Positions 41,788 to 55,633 of a stretch of 64,000 bases of DNA are shown piece by piece; position 1 is the stretch's first letter, and every line of letters starts with the position of its first letter. Below the pieces are notes generated by a model. The model was not told where the DNA came from and ran no database searches. It saw only the letters and a program-made list of their open reading frames with translations. The translations under genes and the position numbers were made by a program. Source of the DNA: Psilocybe cubensis (Eukaryota); contig CM039000.1 in NCBI GenBank assembly GCA_017499595.2, positions 1-64,000 on the forward strand. Direction: 5' to 3'.

Positions 41788-43399
41788 GATGACTAGTGTT
41801 TGATGGTCCCCTTGGTACTGCAAACGAGAACATTAGAGTGCTGATACCAGGTCAAGATGGCTGTAAACAACATGTATTCATCGCCAACACATAAATCGCG
41901 GTGTAAACCCCTGTGACGTGTTGGATTAAATTTCTGCAGTAAGGTAATAACAGGATATGAGCATTACCGATGAAGAAACTACGAAATAAAGGCATATTGA
42001 TATCCGAAGCACGTACATAGTATGCCTCTTCGGTCAACCCAGGGTCAATAGACATGATTGATGGGTTAGACAGAGTCGTATTCCAATTCGTACATTATAT
42101 ACAAAAATGGGACATTCTGTTGCTCACAATTACTCATCCGTTTCTTCCAAAAAAAGAACAATATCAAGATCATGTCTGTCAAACCCATCTCACCACGTTT
42201 GTTGATGTGGAGCCATCAAATATCTATCCAATCCAATCGTAGTTCTCCAAATAATAATTTCCCTGGTATTGCAAAGCGAGTAATCTTGCCGTTGTGTAGT
42301 CACAAAATCATGAACAAGATTAGTAGCTTGGAACATTGCTTGTATTTTTCAATGAAATGAGGAGCATTTCTAATTATATATCATCAGGTAGAAGCACATC
42401 AGACTTGATAAAAACGTCTTGTGAAATGATGTTGGGAAGAGCGCAAACCAGTATAAATAGACCTTGCAAAATAATCATGCAGCACATGCTCCTCCTGACG
42501 TTACCTTGCAAAAAATGATCCAAATGTATCTTTGACTTTATCATAGATAGCTGCGCTTCAACACCTCACTAAATCCTGCGTTGCTACAATGCAAACGAAT
42601 GGTCTCTACACCCATGAGTTCTTTCCTGTGCCCCAGGTTTACCTTGAATATTGAACCAGGCCTCGTTCTTGCAGTAGTGGTCCGGTCTTTCTCCATAGTG
42701 ACCGACATACCATCAACATATGATATATTCCCATCCACGTATCATCAGAACTGGAAGCGATACCAGGCAATTATTGATCCACTCCGGCTAATCACACCCC
42801 ACGCATTGTGCTCTCACACCCATTTTTTTCAGAACGCCATCCAACCCATCGCCCACATAAAACGGATACGTATGGCGCACACATGCATCAACACGCTTTG
42901 GACAGAGCTGCCCTCTGCGTTACGCTGTGCAAGGAACGGATCAAGGTAGAGTTCACACGACAAATGGGAGGACCAGGAGAGGCATCCGGCGTGCGGGAGG
43001 GTCAAGTAGTATAGTGGGGAATGAATAGAGAGTAGTACACACAGCAGATGATAAAGCACACTGCCATTGGAGGTGGTGGTAAACTTGAAGAGCGGGGAGT
43101 CGAGCAAGAGTTGCGTCATACAGTAGCTGAACTCTTTCTCGAGCCGCGGATGCAATGACGAGGCGGTGTAACTGACAATACCAGGCAGACAGACATCTCA
43201 GTACACCTCATGTACATGAGGGGGAAGATGCAATGGAGATGCGTGCGACCCCGATGCATGGTATCATACAGCACATGTGCCTAGCGTGGAGGCTGCAGCG
43301 GACAATGAAGGGTAGGTGGATGGATGCGATGAAGAGCGCGGAGATTGTTGAATGGATATTGTGGATTACGGAGTACGGAGACGGAGATGACGGCAATTC

Positions 43400-44560
43400 T
43401 AACAAGAAAGACAAAGTGTGATGTAAAAGAAATAGGAAGGAGGAGGGCCAATCAGATGGACAGGAAAAGCAAGGGGTCAATGATAGTCACGCGCGCTATC
43501 CTCCTCTTCAAGCCCACCATCTGACCTCCGCACACCCGAACATCCGCACACCCGCTAACACTGCGCTCTGATAAGCCGTGTCGCGCTACGAGCGCATGCG
43601 CACAAGTGCGCGTTCCCACGATATGCCGTGCATGGCATCAACCATCGGCCTATACCCACGAACCTTGACATCCACAACATCCCCCCCACGTCAACCAGAC
43701 CACCCCATATTGATCTTATTACCTTTAGGCATACTGGACTTCACCTCGTATTGCGCGCAACACGCCTCAATCTCGTGCAGTGGCCAGGGGGCACCCACCG
43801 GAGCTTACCGAGAAAGAGTGGCGTTGGTAGTGGAATTAGAGCCTGATGTGGAAGAACGAAACGAGAGCTTTGACTCACCGTCTGGAAGCCGGCACGGAAT
43901 CTTCTCCATATTTCCAACACCCGGGCCTTCACCCCATGCCCAGATCCACATATCCGTCAACGAGTGATCACATATCACATCACCCAGCAAAGATTCTCTT
44001 GCAAAAAGAAGTTATTGTGTCTGCGGGCAAAGTGCCGCGTGTCGTTTTGTTCGTGGATTGCAGTAGCGGGCAGGATTGAGGGTGGTGCATTGGGCGTTGG
44101 ATGATTGTGTTATGATTTTGCTGGGACGGCGGGATTGAATTGGAATAAATGGAAGAGGCGGACGTGCGAGCAGCGATGATCCAGTAGGTGTGAATAAGAA
44201 GTGGTATACCGAAATTGTATTCACGTTTGCCGTTTGTTTGTTTTGTTCGTGAATGACATGGCCGGGTTGGGGAACTGTGCGTCGAAGGTGAGACGGCCAA
44301 AGGACTGCAAACTCACTTTTTCCTGCTTGCGCTTCCTCTTAAGATCACGCATGGCCCTAGTCAGCTCCTTCCCCTTCTTCCCTTCTAACAACAGTGCAGC
44401 TAACTCAACGGATATCTTTTCATCCCCTTCCGTCGCCAGCTGGTACTCCTTGGGTCTCGAATTGTTGTTAGTGGTAGTGGTGGAAGGCGAAGAAGAGGCG
44501 TTTGTTTTGTTTGTTCTTGTTGTGCACTGGGCTTTTTTGCTTGACTTTTACCTTACGCAC
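43400..44560 (-). pseudogene. Degenerate member of an unknown local gene family (SPVHNKNK motif)
   Basis: Minus-strand translation gives KSPVHNKNK...ELAALLLEGKKGK, similar to segments at ~47.6-47.8 kb and ~54.0 kb; boundaries approximate. Confidence 0.3.
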
Positions 44561-46391
44561 ATGTTTCTCGTCAAGCGCCGTGAGCTCGCAACAGTATTCA
44601 GGTGCAACATTTTCCATACACGGTAACCACAACTAATCGTGGACAGACACCCGTGGTTTCTCTCAGTGATACTCACGACATGAATGCTCTGCGAGGCCCG
44701 CAAAATATATCATTGCCTCTTCCTCGTCAACGGCAGCGCAAGCATCACTTTTGGTCGAAACAGGTTCACTACGGCGAGCCATAAAAAGAAAAGTGTTCCA
44801 TTGTTATCATTTGCGCTTCGCTTTCCCTCTTATTCGTGACTCAAATGACGCCTCTTTCCCCCTTAGATTGGTCCAGCACTGCGTGCAGCGTATGTCGGTT
44901 ACGTCGATTCCGACCCTGAATCTTACCATTTACACCCGCCCCAATATTCCACACCACTCGCATGCACACTCTGTCTTAGTGAATCTTTTGAGACTCGAAG
45001 TCGAAACTAGCCCGCCAACTCCGCGCTCTCCAGTCCCCGCCCTCTTCGTCTGGTGCATCCTCCCTTCTGCGTACCGGTGATGTGTTGCCTGGGACGCCAT
45101 GTATCGGCCTCGAACCCGCCTCATTTTTGTCCTTTAGAAGTCGGACACCGGCTCAAGCAAGGGCGAGATCAAGAGGGGAAATGCCAGACGTTAAAGGCTC
45201 ACAAGACTCGATATTGACGTATATAAGCGCTTCGTTGTCGTTGGCGCGGGAACGGATACATATAGGGTCGTGGCACCTTTAGGTGTTGATGCAGATGTGT
45301 TGGGTGCTATTGAGAAGCGGAGCAATTGTCTGAGTGGAGGTGTTTGGTGTATGCGCGTGTGCGTCAGCCCATTGAGTCTCCTCTACAACACCTACTCCGA
45401 CTCCCACGCACCCACTCCGCTGCGTTAATGTTGTCGATCCTCATTGCAACGTTCACACTCACCATACATGGCCTCGCTTGGCTCCACGACTCCGGAACCT
45501 CCCCTTCTCATCTGGTTATCTGTACTCTCTGACAACGAGTGGTGAGTGACCCGTTTGTACTCCTTTATAACGAGTATCGCGCACTCTTACTTTTCAGTTT
45601 TACCCATACAGTGCCGTTACCCGAGAACACAGGAAATACGAGCGGAACACGGAGAGCGTCAATACGAACACAAGGTCGACCTGGCAGCGGAGAATTCGGC
45701 TTCGACTTACCTCGACATATATGCACTTCGGCATCGATTACCTGTATGCGGGTGTATGCGTCGGGTGGTGGGTGTGTACCAGGTGTGATATTTCCCGCAT
45801 TTGGAAGGGTACATATGCATCTATATAGCTAGTGCGCTGCCTGCGTCCGATTCTGTTGCTCAAAAAACGGACTTTGTTTCATTAGCATCCAGGGAGGGGC
45901 AGACTTGTCTTTCGTTCAGCGCGGAAATCCTTTGTCAACCGTACAACATGTTAACCGCACAAGACAACAAAAAATCTAAAGAACAAATAAGGCACAAAGA
46001 CGGAACCGAACGTGATTTTCAGACACGAAATATTGAACGGACGGCCGAGGGTGGTTAAGGGTAAAGGGTGTGGGAGTGTGGAGCTAGAGCAGGGGACGAG
46101 GTAGGACAAGAGACGAAATCGAAAGCGAGGGATGAGGCTACAGATCATACGAGCGGATGTGACAAAATGCGAGTGCAAATGCGAAATGCGAACGACGAAC
46201 GACGAGCGACGACAGAGAGCAATCAGGGTGTCGTACACTACGCGCACGATAATTTTGCTCCTGCCACTACTCCCACACTCCTGCCAACACTCTCACTCCG
46301 CTCCTCGATATGATCCACACCCTCAACGTCTACACCTCCTCCCCAATGTCCGTAAAACGCATACGCATCATTCGAATATAACCCATCAACG

Positions 46392-47870
46392 TTAAGGTGT
46401 GCGTCGAGGTATATATATGCGCTCATATCGAGGCTTGGAAGCCTTGCATTCGGGGTCGCTTGTCTTCTCTTCGCCTTCACAATGTTCTTGTCTGACGCCG
46501 ACGAGGACGATGACCACTCCACCTGTACTCAAAGGTGACGTGCCACCTGAGGAAGATTGTGAGGAGGATGGGGAAAGCGCGGAGTCGGGCGGGAGGTCGG
46601 TGAGTGAAAAGGTGAATTCTGTGTTCAGCCTCGATAAGGACATGGGGTACGAGTGCGAGTGTGGAGAGGCTGCGGTGGGTTTAGCTAAGGAAGAAAGAGG
46701 GGGAGACGAAGAGGAGGACGATTGCGACGCAGAAGAGAGGTAGTGGTGGTGGTAGACGCAGGAATGAGAAATTGGAGAAGAGGCCGGATTCAACGTCGGG
46801 GAGGGGGCTCGGTTGCACTGGACGGTTCCCACGTTCATGTTTATGGAGAATACATGGAGTTGTAGTCAAATACGGTGTCACCTTGCATGAACGCTTCGAC
46901 TTCGTATCCCAACCCACCCAACCCGTTCATCCCATTCACCCCGCCCATTCTTCCCATTCCGTTCATCGGTTTTAGGGATTAAGATACCCTGCGCCGAACT
47001 CGCTCTCCGCTGCCCAGACCGGGTGATGAGTGGGGCGTAAGCTGCGTCTTGAAGGGTAGGAGAGGGAGAGGGGTTGGTTGCGGGTGGTGTATTGGTGTTG
47101 AAAATGTGGTTGTAGAGGTGATGTGCATGGTGGTATACATGCTTGTTTGGGAAGGCGGGATCGAGTGAAGGTGAGTAGGCTGAGGGAGAGGTGGAAAGGA
47201 AGGACGATCCGGCGGGTGTGACTTCTGGAATTGGGAGGAAATCATATTCACCACACGCACCATTATTCCCATTCGCTCTCGCATGTGTGTTGTGGGAGAA
47301 CGAGAACGAGCTGGTTGATTGTGTGTTAAAGCAAGCAATCAAGCCGACAGAGGAGACGGGGCGCCAGAGGGTTGTAAAAGCCGGGAGTGTAAGCAGTGCA
47401 ATTCCAGAACAGGCACCTTGTGTGAAGTTGGCGAATTGAGCGAAGTTGTGAGCTTACCATTCGTTTGGGAGTGGGACGGACGGGTTGTAGGACATTGGGA
47501 AGGTTCATATGCGTATTCAACATTCAATATTCGGCGTCGAGAGCTGTCGAGAGGTTGTCGCTTGCCCAGCGTCCATATCCAGATCATATCCTTCCATCTT
47601 CCACAACTCACGCTCGCGCTCTTTCTTCTCCCCTTCTTCCCCCCCAAATGCAACGCCGCAACCTCGTCGCAGCGCCTGTCATCCTCTCGGTCGTCGAATG
47701 TTTCTACCTGCGTTTCGAGTCCCCAGTGGTGGTGGTGGTGGTGCATCTCATGCCAAAGGGTGTTGTTGTTATGTTGTTGCCGTATTTGTTCTTGTGGTTC
47801 ACGGGGCGGCCGATGGCATGGTGCGCTGCTTTATCTTGTTGGACTTTCAACTCACGTAGCTCCCAGATAA
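46392..47870 (-). pseudogene. Degenerate, low-complexity (Ser/Pro/His-rich) member of the same unknown family
   Basis: Fragments EVAALHLGGKKG and YDFLPIPEVTPAG are spread over several frames. Confidence 0.3.
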
Positions 47871-48989
47871 AGTTTTCCTTCGAGTGGGAGATGGATCCAG
47901 CACGTCTCTGTCGGCGTCTTTATCGGGGACTCCAGCAGTGTATGACACGGGAGTGACGTTTGGTGTGAAAGTTGCTACTTGGTGGGGTTGTAGCTGACGA
48001 GGGCATGAAAGGAGCGGCGGCGACGGTTCGTGAGGCGGTGGGTTGGCATGTTCGTCTATGTGGTTTATAGAATGCGAAAGGGCAGGAGCGTACGGACTGT
48101 GGGTGTGTTCATTTTTTCATATTTTTGCACCATTTTCCTTGTCCCCCCCTCTCTTTATGGCTGACTTCCGAATACACCACCCTCATACACGTACCCGGAA
48201 CTTATCCCCTCGCGCCAATTGTTGTTCAATTCGCCTGTCCATACATACGCTGCGCTGCGCCCACCCATCAGGCGGTGCGGTTTGTGATGTTGACAATCCA
48301 TTTCTGTGCCGGCGCGTTGAGTCCTTCATCGTTCTTTGTTCGTATGTGGTACCTGGCAATATATCTTCAATATCTCCTCAAGGCCAATCCAACAGCAGGT
48401 ACGTTCCGCTGTATTGCTTCCGCGATCGAACTTATACTCGGATTCGAAACTTAAAGCAGGTTATTGGATTTTTTTTCTCTGCTGCTTCTTGGATATGTGC
48501 TCTAGGTGCCTGGACCAAGGCTGGTTCTTCTTCAATCCATGCGTTTATCTAGGTGTCTTTAGACAGAAAGCTAGACACCCATCATGAGTTTGGCATGCAG
48601 CGGGGTCACATGGTGAACACAAAACTTGTCGGGCATTCTACTTGATCGTGTTTATCATCCGTTCACACTCGACTCTTAGACTTGACTCTGCCTCGAACTT
48701 TGACTTCAATTTGGATGCAATCTTGCTTGGTAGCGTCTCTGATTGGGTGTCTCTGCGGAATTTGTTCTCGGTCTGTAAGCATATATCAGATGTTATGTAA
48801 AGTTGAGTTCAATACCAACCCCGCCTCCGTCGTTGTCTCTTTGACGTTCTGTCTGACTTTTGATTATTCCCTCCCCCAAGCCTATATGCATGCTTCAAGA
48901 AAGGTACGTAATTTGAATTATTCAGTAATACGAGTCTCCGTCGGAACTCAGGGACGCTATCAGACAACAAGGTGTCTTCATTTGCTTAT

Positions 48990-50200
48990 TTTTCCTGCTC
49001 GATAGCTCTGTGAGCATTTACGGGATCCTCGGGTCGAGACATTAAAACTCTGCGCTCTATGTCGGCAGCGTGTGTACTTCGGTCGAGACAATTATCAAAT
49101 TCCATAGCGGGGAGATGCATCAAAGTGCTCGATGCAAACGTTGCAGTGTCGGTCTCGTTTACAACGGCAAGATGCAACACCATTACTGTCGGTGCAAGTC
49201 CCTACCAAGCTGATGAGAGATTAGTACCATATAAGAAGCTAACAATATACATACCGAGGCCAGGTATACAATCATATTAATATACTCATCTACCTGTGAC
49301 CACCGTGATTGAATGTCGTAGAATATAGGGCTGAACGGAGATATCGCTTGAACAAGCAGAAGTAGTACATGCACCGCAGCCGATTGAAGAATGGTAGTAA
49401 AAATATGCTTGTATCTTGAAATCGATCGGTTCGTATTCCTGGAGACAGTGTAAATCCTGTATCCTATGAGAAATGTGGTGAAGAACGTAGTGGCAAGACA
49501 CGTGAATGAGAACGCTTCATCAACATGGTTGATCATATCTTTCCCTGCTTGATTGGTGACGAGTATTGGAGTAAATGAATTAAGCACGGTAGCAGTGATA
49601 ACGAGAGCTATGCAGTCGATTTAATCTTTGCTGTATGCGCATGACTTTAACGTACCAGACTCTGTAAATAATAATAACAGTAACATTGCTACAATCTTCA
49701 ACGATTGACCCCATACGTGATAGCACCTCCAAATCTATAACAAATATCAGCATTTCTCCAGAGTGGGATAATTCACAGACCAGAAGTCCATCTTCAATTA
49801 CAAGTACCACGTTTTGGCTCGTGTTCAGCGCTTCAATAAACCAAATAGGAGGTTCAAGATACGCCCAGAAGATAGAATCCTTTGTGTCTCCATGGGTAGC
49901 GTAAGACCAACTGATGAAATACCACTGGAGGCATAAAATTACAACATTTACTGAATAGAGAACGGTGATTGTTGCCAAAACAATTTTACGGCTCTGGGCC
50001 ATATCCAACAGTCCTTTGGACACTTTCAAGAACATGAGTGACTGTATACAACTGTAGCCTTTGTATCGACCACATACCATAAATGTAAACGGTGGCACAG
50101 TATACCACTGTATAAATCCCTACCCAAACTAATCTCGTATATTTTTTAACTGGTGGCTCAAGGCAACACTTACCCATAAGAAAAACTTGAAGCATGCAGG
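48990..50200 (-). CDS. Multi-exon, multi-pass membrane protein of unknown function (start unresolved, possibly a pseudogene)
   Basis: Successive hydrophobic exons (MLQVFLMG/IYTVVYCATVYIY/IVLATITVLYSVNVVILCLQW/FSFTCLATTFFTTFLIGYRI) separated by ~55-nt GT-AG introns. Confidence 0.55.
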
Positions 50201-50299
50201 TATTCAGAAACCAATGGGCTCACTAATTGTCTGGTAAACCAGTGTAACGACGCCTTTGCGTATTTGGTCAAGGTTGATGTATCTTGAGGCAAATACGGA

Positions 50300-52720
50300 C
50301 CAATCAAGATGTTGAATATGATACTTCTGTTGGAATCTCGTAGACGTTGGTGAGAGCACATATCGGATAATCCGGGGTGCTGCAACAAAATGATAATTTG
50401 AGAGAATTCATGTGAATTTCCACCAAACGTCTGGCTGGATACACCAATAAACAGAGAAGCCATATCGGCTAGTATTTGAGACTCCAAATCCGCAAATCGG
50501 CAAGAATTTAGGTAGATGCTCTGCATTGTCTTGTAGAGTGTATGTTGAAACAAGTTGGAAAGAGTTGTAAATTCTGCTTTTCCATCAACGCAGCGGACTG
50601 AGACAATCCCATGGAGTGCCTGTAGCTCAGAGAGAATAGATCCATCAGTATTATTTTCTGCTCGGCCTATTGTTTCAATGTCAAAGGCTGTAACACTTTT
50701 GTCCCAACCATGGGTAAATATTAATCCAAAAGTGGGTCCGTCAATGGGTATTGTCTCCAGGACCTGTTGTACACACATGGTTAATGCCGTTTTAACAAGT
50801 TTGGAGAGTGATATAATTAGTTTCATTAGAGGGTTAGATTGTTTCTTGAGCTTTATAGTATCCCAACGGATCATAGCAATAAGAACGTGTAGGAAATGAT
50901 TGACCGCGGAGAGGGGCCACGCGGTATAGTTTGCGTTGGGAATATGCGCATCTGTTTGGGTAAAGAGCTCAAGGCTTTCGTGCAAACGTCTGAGTTCTTC
51001 AATTATGATATCGGCGCCGAAGTAGGAATGACTACTCCTGATTAAATGAGGCAATATTGCGTCAAATATACGAGTCAGAAGATACCGATGTTGCGACACG
51101 CCAATACTGTAGAACTCAACATCAACGACTGCATGTCATGCATTAAAATAAAATACACACTGTGTTATCATCTGTTCAACATTAGGGTCTCCTTGGAGCA
51201 TTCCTCTCAAATGCCTTATAGACAATGACCACAGGGACTGCTTGATGGTAGTTGTGTCAATTGCGAAACGCCCGGATCTAGAACCATTTGTTATGAATTC
51301 CCTAAAGGAGAGGTGATGAAATGATAGCCAGATCCTTCGTGAACTGGTGAACCGAAGATGGGTTCCAATTTTTGGAAAATTGGTGGACAGATATATTCCT
51401 TTCTGTAAATTATGGATTGCATCGATCTCAAAATTTGATGTAGTTCTGCTGGGGGGATGTCGAAAACGTGCTGCATGACAGCGTCTGACATGGTGCATTT
51501 CAGTAGAATAGTGGTAAGAACCCGTTTCAACGAGTCCCAGCGTGGATACGAAGACAAAATGGCAGCATATAAGCTATCCAACTGGGTGAATGCAGAGGCT
51601 TCATGAGGTCCCGCCATGTCCAATATATGAAGTTGATCCAGGGGATTGCAATGGGGGGAATCTCCAACAAAATTTAAGACGGTAGAGGCGTAAATGAACT
51701 GTCCTGAAGCGGATCGGACAAAGCGGTCAATAATGTGTTCCTCAGGCCAAGGACGAGGAGTGGAAGACATCAATTTAATGTTTTCGTCGTAGATCCTATT
51801 AAATTCATCGCGTAGATAGGATTTGACTCCGTCATAGGCATCGAGGTCATCATTGAGGGAAAGACATTTGACAACAGAACTCAAACACCCAATCTCAAAC
51901 GCATCGAAGATCCAGTACTCAGGACGGCTGATAATCAAGAATCGCAGTGGAATGCTGTGTTGGATAATTGCATTGGATATGGTGGAAAGAATGGCGCTTT
52001 GAATGCACTTTCCCCCAGCGCACTCGTCCAGTCCGTCAATAATAATCGTCGGGTGATGGGATGGCCAACGGTGTACCCTTTTTGAGAGGCCTGATAATAA
52101 GATTGTAAAGTTGAATCTGAATCGATTTGGTGGGCAGGGTAGGACTCTCCTGCATAACAGCGTCAAGAGCCTCACGGTACTCAGTAAAATTCATCGCGAG
52201 CTCGTATGCGATGGTAGCAAACAACTTATTCCCGTCGCCACGTCCAGGAGCGCCTTTTGCAAAGAAAAAACTAGAGCCGTATTTTCGACTGATAGGTTGG
52301 TCCTTCAGCATCGTGGCGATTGTGTGTCCAATCGCAGATTTTCCAGCGCCTGCAGGACCATGGAGCCATAGGGTCTGTTTTTCAGGACTCGGGTCGTCGA
52401 TCCATTCCATAATAGTGTCAATAATCCTCTTACGAGTGCCCGGGTGGCACTGAGCTGGTGGAAACCGTTCCGCCGAGTCGAATATCGCGTCTGCAGCTAT
52501 GTATTTCTCGAGTATGTGTAGACCTTTGTTTCATCTAATGAACAACTATCCTATTCCACTGTGTCACTCTAGCACTTACCGGTATCTCTCCCTCGGTAGA
52601 CATTCTGTGTTTGACAGAAGCTTCCCCCAGTGATCATCAAGTGGTGCGCGTCCGGAAATTGCTGCATTTCTGAATAACAGGATAAAGTGTGCGAGGGGAT
52701 AGTTTGAGGTTGACGGTATA
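50300..52720 (-). pseudogene. Fungal NACHT-domain (NLR-like STAND NTPase) gene, disrupted
   Basis: Motifs FDSAERFPPAQCHPGTR, Walker A WLHGPAGAGKSAI, Walker B IIIDGLDEC, SASGQFIYAS and FHHLSFREF; frameshifts near 52080 and 51330; in-frame TGA at 51136-51138; ends approximate. Confidence 0.75.
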
Positions 52721-53299
52721 TTACCTTCGGTCGGACGGGGCAGCAGAAGACAAGACTGACAAGTGTTGTGGTACTGCATCTTTACCCCTACTACATGTAT
52801 CCTTGATTTCAAACCTTTCTATCAACATCATGATGGGCACTGCTGTGTTTCTGTACGTATCCTCCGACCCTTTAATCAGCCATCCGTCATTCAGAATAGG
52901 TATACAAGTACCCTTCCCAAAGAACATCCCTATTTTTCCAGTCAAATGTCAACTTGCACGCACAATCATCGTGAAGTCACGCAGACCAACTGCATGGAAC
53001 TTATCCATGCCACTCAACAATTCTGCACGCGGGCAAGCCACGCAGATCTGGTTCCTAATAAAAAAGGCAAGGAACTTCAGCTACGCGATTCAAACAGGTC
53101 AATACACACGATTCCCTACTATACGGGATTGATGATGTCGCACCAACCAGAGCGATCCCATCGTGATCGTGATCGTCGTGAATTTAAAGCGAAGTGCAGC
53201 GTTGTATTGTACATAGCCGAGTTTACATTTGAATAAGATACGACCCCAGTGATCATCATGTTGATTCCACCCCACCTGCACTCAGAAGCGATGCTCCAA

Positions 53300-54085
53300 C
53301 AGCCGCTCTCGACAAAGAAGAAGGGAGCGTGGAGAGTGCAGGGTCGGGAGAGTGCCTAGTTGGTGAGTATTTGAAGTCGATGTTCAGTCTAGGCAAAAAC
53401 AACGGGTGCAAGGGGAAGAACGAAATGTGCAATGTGATCTCAATCACCAACACTTGAAAACCCATCCCACCATCGAACCCATTCAGCTCATCAAAGGCAT
53501 AGTTTACCTATACATCAACACGCCCTGCACTGCGCAGAATTCGGCATCCTCTGCCAAAATGCAAGCAAGGAGCGCAAGGTGGTCTGGTTCATGAGTGGAA
53601 GAAGAGGGAGGGGGGTTGGTCGCAGGTGCTGAATCGGCGTGAATGGTGTTGTGGGAGAGCTAGGATTGTTTACACGGATTGGGAGGGAAGAATCGAGCGG
53701 GAGTAGGTGTGGGTGTGAATGCGGGTGTGGATGTAGAAGTGGGAATATGTGGAATATGTGCTGGAAGGGAAAGAAGACCGGCGGGTGCCAACTCGTGTAT
53801 AGGGAAGAACTTGTACTTACCGGCGTTGTTCGCATTCGTCCTGTTTATGAATATAGAGGGAACAAAGGGGTTGCTGAATTGCATGTTTGTGTTGAACCGT
53901 GCAACGGGGGAGGCGAGGCGGGAGAGGACGCGAAGACCGGGAGCGCAGAAGAGTCGAGAAGAGGTGCTGACGTGTTTGTTCTTGTTGTGCACGGGCGAAA
54001 GCTGTAGCGCGCTTGTTTCCTGCTTGGCTTTCATCTCCGACCAGAAGCGCTTTTCCTCTGGCTCCACCACGGATTCTGACTCCAT
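53300..54085 (-). pseudogene. Third member of the unknown SPVHNKNK family
   Basis: ORF 53660-54085 has QLSPVHNKNK and YKFFPIHELAPAG. Confidence 0.3.
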
Positions 54086-54270
54086 CTCTTTCCTGGGACA
54101 CCTCTGTTGTGTCGTCTGCGGTGTCGCATCTCACTCGGTGGGAACGGCTTGGAGGTCAAACTATCATCATTGTTCCTTAACGGTCTCGTACGAGCAAGAA
54201 AGGCGACAATGAAAATCAAGTATTTTAATTCTAATAACATCCCGAGTAATATTCATTTTCTGTGCGTTTA

Positions 54271-55633
54271 TCATTTAGAGTCATCATCATCAACATCTAT
54301 CCAAGTGACACATTTACAACCGCTCAACACCGCACGAGAAAGCCTCGCCATCAAAATGTCCCCCGACTTGCCTTCCGAATCAAGCGTCTCCACGAACATG
54401 GGTAAATTGTCAAGATATCGGTATACACCCGACAAATGCGCAATTCGCGCCAGAGATGCATGGAGGCGGATGTATTTTGAATTTGGTAGCGGTATATTGA
54501 TATTGGATGGTGTTGTGAATGTGATGACCGGTGGATCATCATCGACTAATCCCTCACAGTATGCTTGCGCAAGATATGTGTTGGGTTTGTCCTTTGAAGT
54601 ATTGAACAATAATTAGCGTTCTGTATAGAGAATCTGAAGCGAAATGGGATGGTGTGAACTTACTGGAACTTCCTCAAGCCAAAGAGCGAGAACGTTAAAG
54701 TGCTCTCTAGTCACATATGCTAATGCAATGCTGTTCGACATGTCATATACCATATCACCACTAAGATCAGTAGCAACGGGAATGCCACTGAATCCATATA
54801 GAAGGTCTCCGAGTGTCTTTGAGCATTCAGTCTATCCAATAGAGTGTCAATAAAATTGGATGTTTGTTGAACTCAAACTCGTATAAGACCACGTACCGTG
54901 TGAAATCCGTATGCAGACAGATCAAAGTTCCAGTCTATGGAAGGGGGGATTATACTACACAACAAAATTAGATCCTGATGATGATATGGCCGACCGCCGA
55001 GTACTTGTTTTCGCTCGGCTGGTGTCATTAGAGGAAAGCATTGCTCATCGGGGATGTGTGTTATTTTACACGAAAATCCATCGCGGTGTAAGACCTAAAT
55101 GTCAATTGATTTTCTTGAGAGTTACTGCGAAAGTAGCGACAATGTAAAAAACTCACGGTACGTCTAGCCGAATTTTCACCCCTCGGATATGGGTCTGGAG
55201 TACCATACAAATCCTCTTCCTCGAAGGAATAATACACGCGTTCATCCGTAAATTCGTTTCTGCGGCGGGTGACTGTATTAGAGACAAGGATGAGGTCTAT
55301 TGACATCAATGACGAGCAGAAAAACAAGATGAACATACAAGCTCCGAAGATATAATGCACATAAAATTCTGCCAGCAAGTTCAAATCCCACTTATTCTTC
55401 CGCCACTCTATTATCTCACGCGCGATGAACAAGGATCCGGATGTAGACGGAGCCTCGAGGATCATGTATCCGAGTACACGTGCATACATGAACAATTTCT
55501 TCTCCTCCCCAGCTGAAGCCTCCATCGCACAACAGTGCGCATAAGCTTCTTGGATAACGCCCGCATCGGGACCTTCGAATTGAGTCGTCAGAGGAAGTGC
55601 CTGGACACTCAAAAGAAAACCCAGGTAATCCAT
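54271..55633 (-). CDS. Multi-exon hypothetical protein resembling basidiomycete HNH-nuclease-domain proteins (possibly degenerate)
   Basis: N-terminal ARVLGYMILEAP and C-terminal IPLPNSKYIRLHASLARIAHLSG resemble that family, from recall; exon structure not fully resolved. Confidence 0.45.

Noticed and set aside
41788-43400. Possible gene fragments next to the inner telomere tract
   Set aside because: No family could be recognised and no consistent exon chain could be built by eye.
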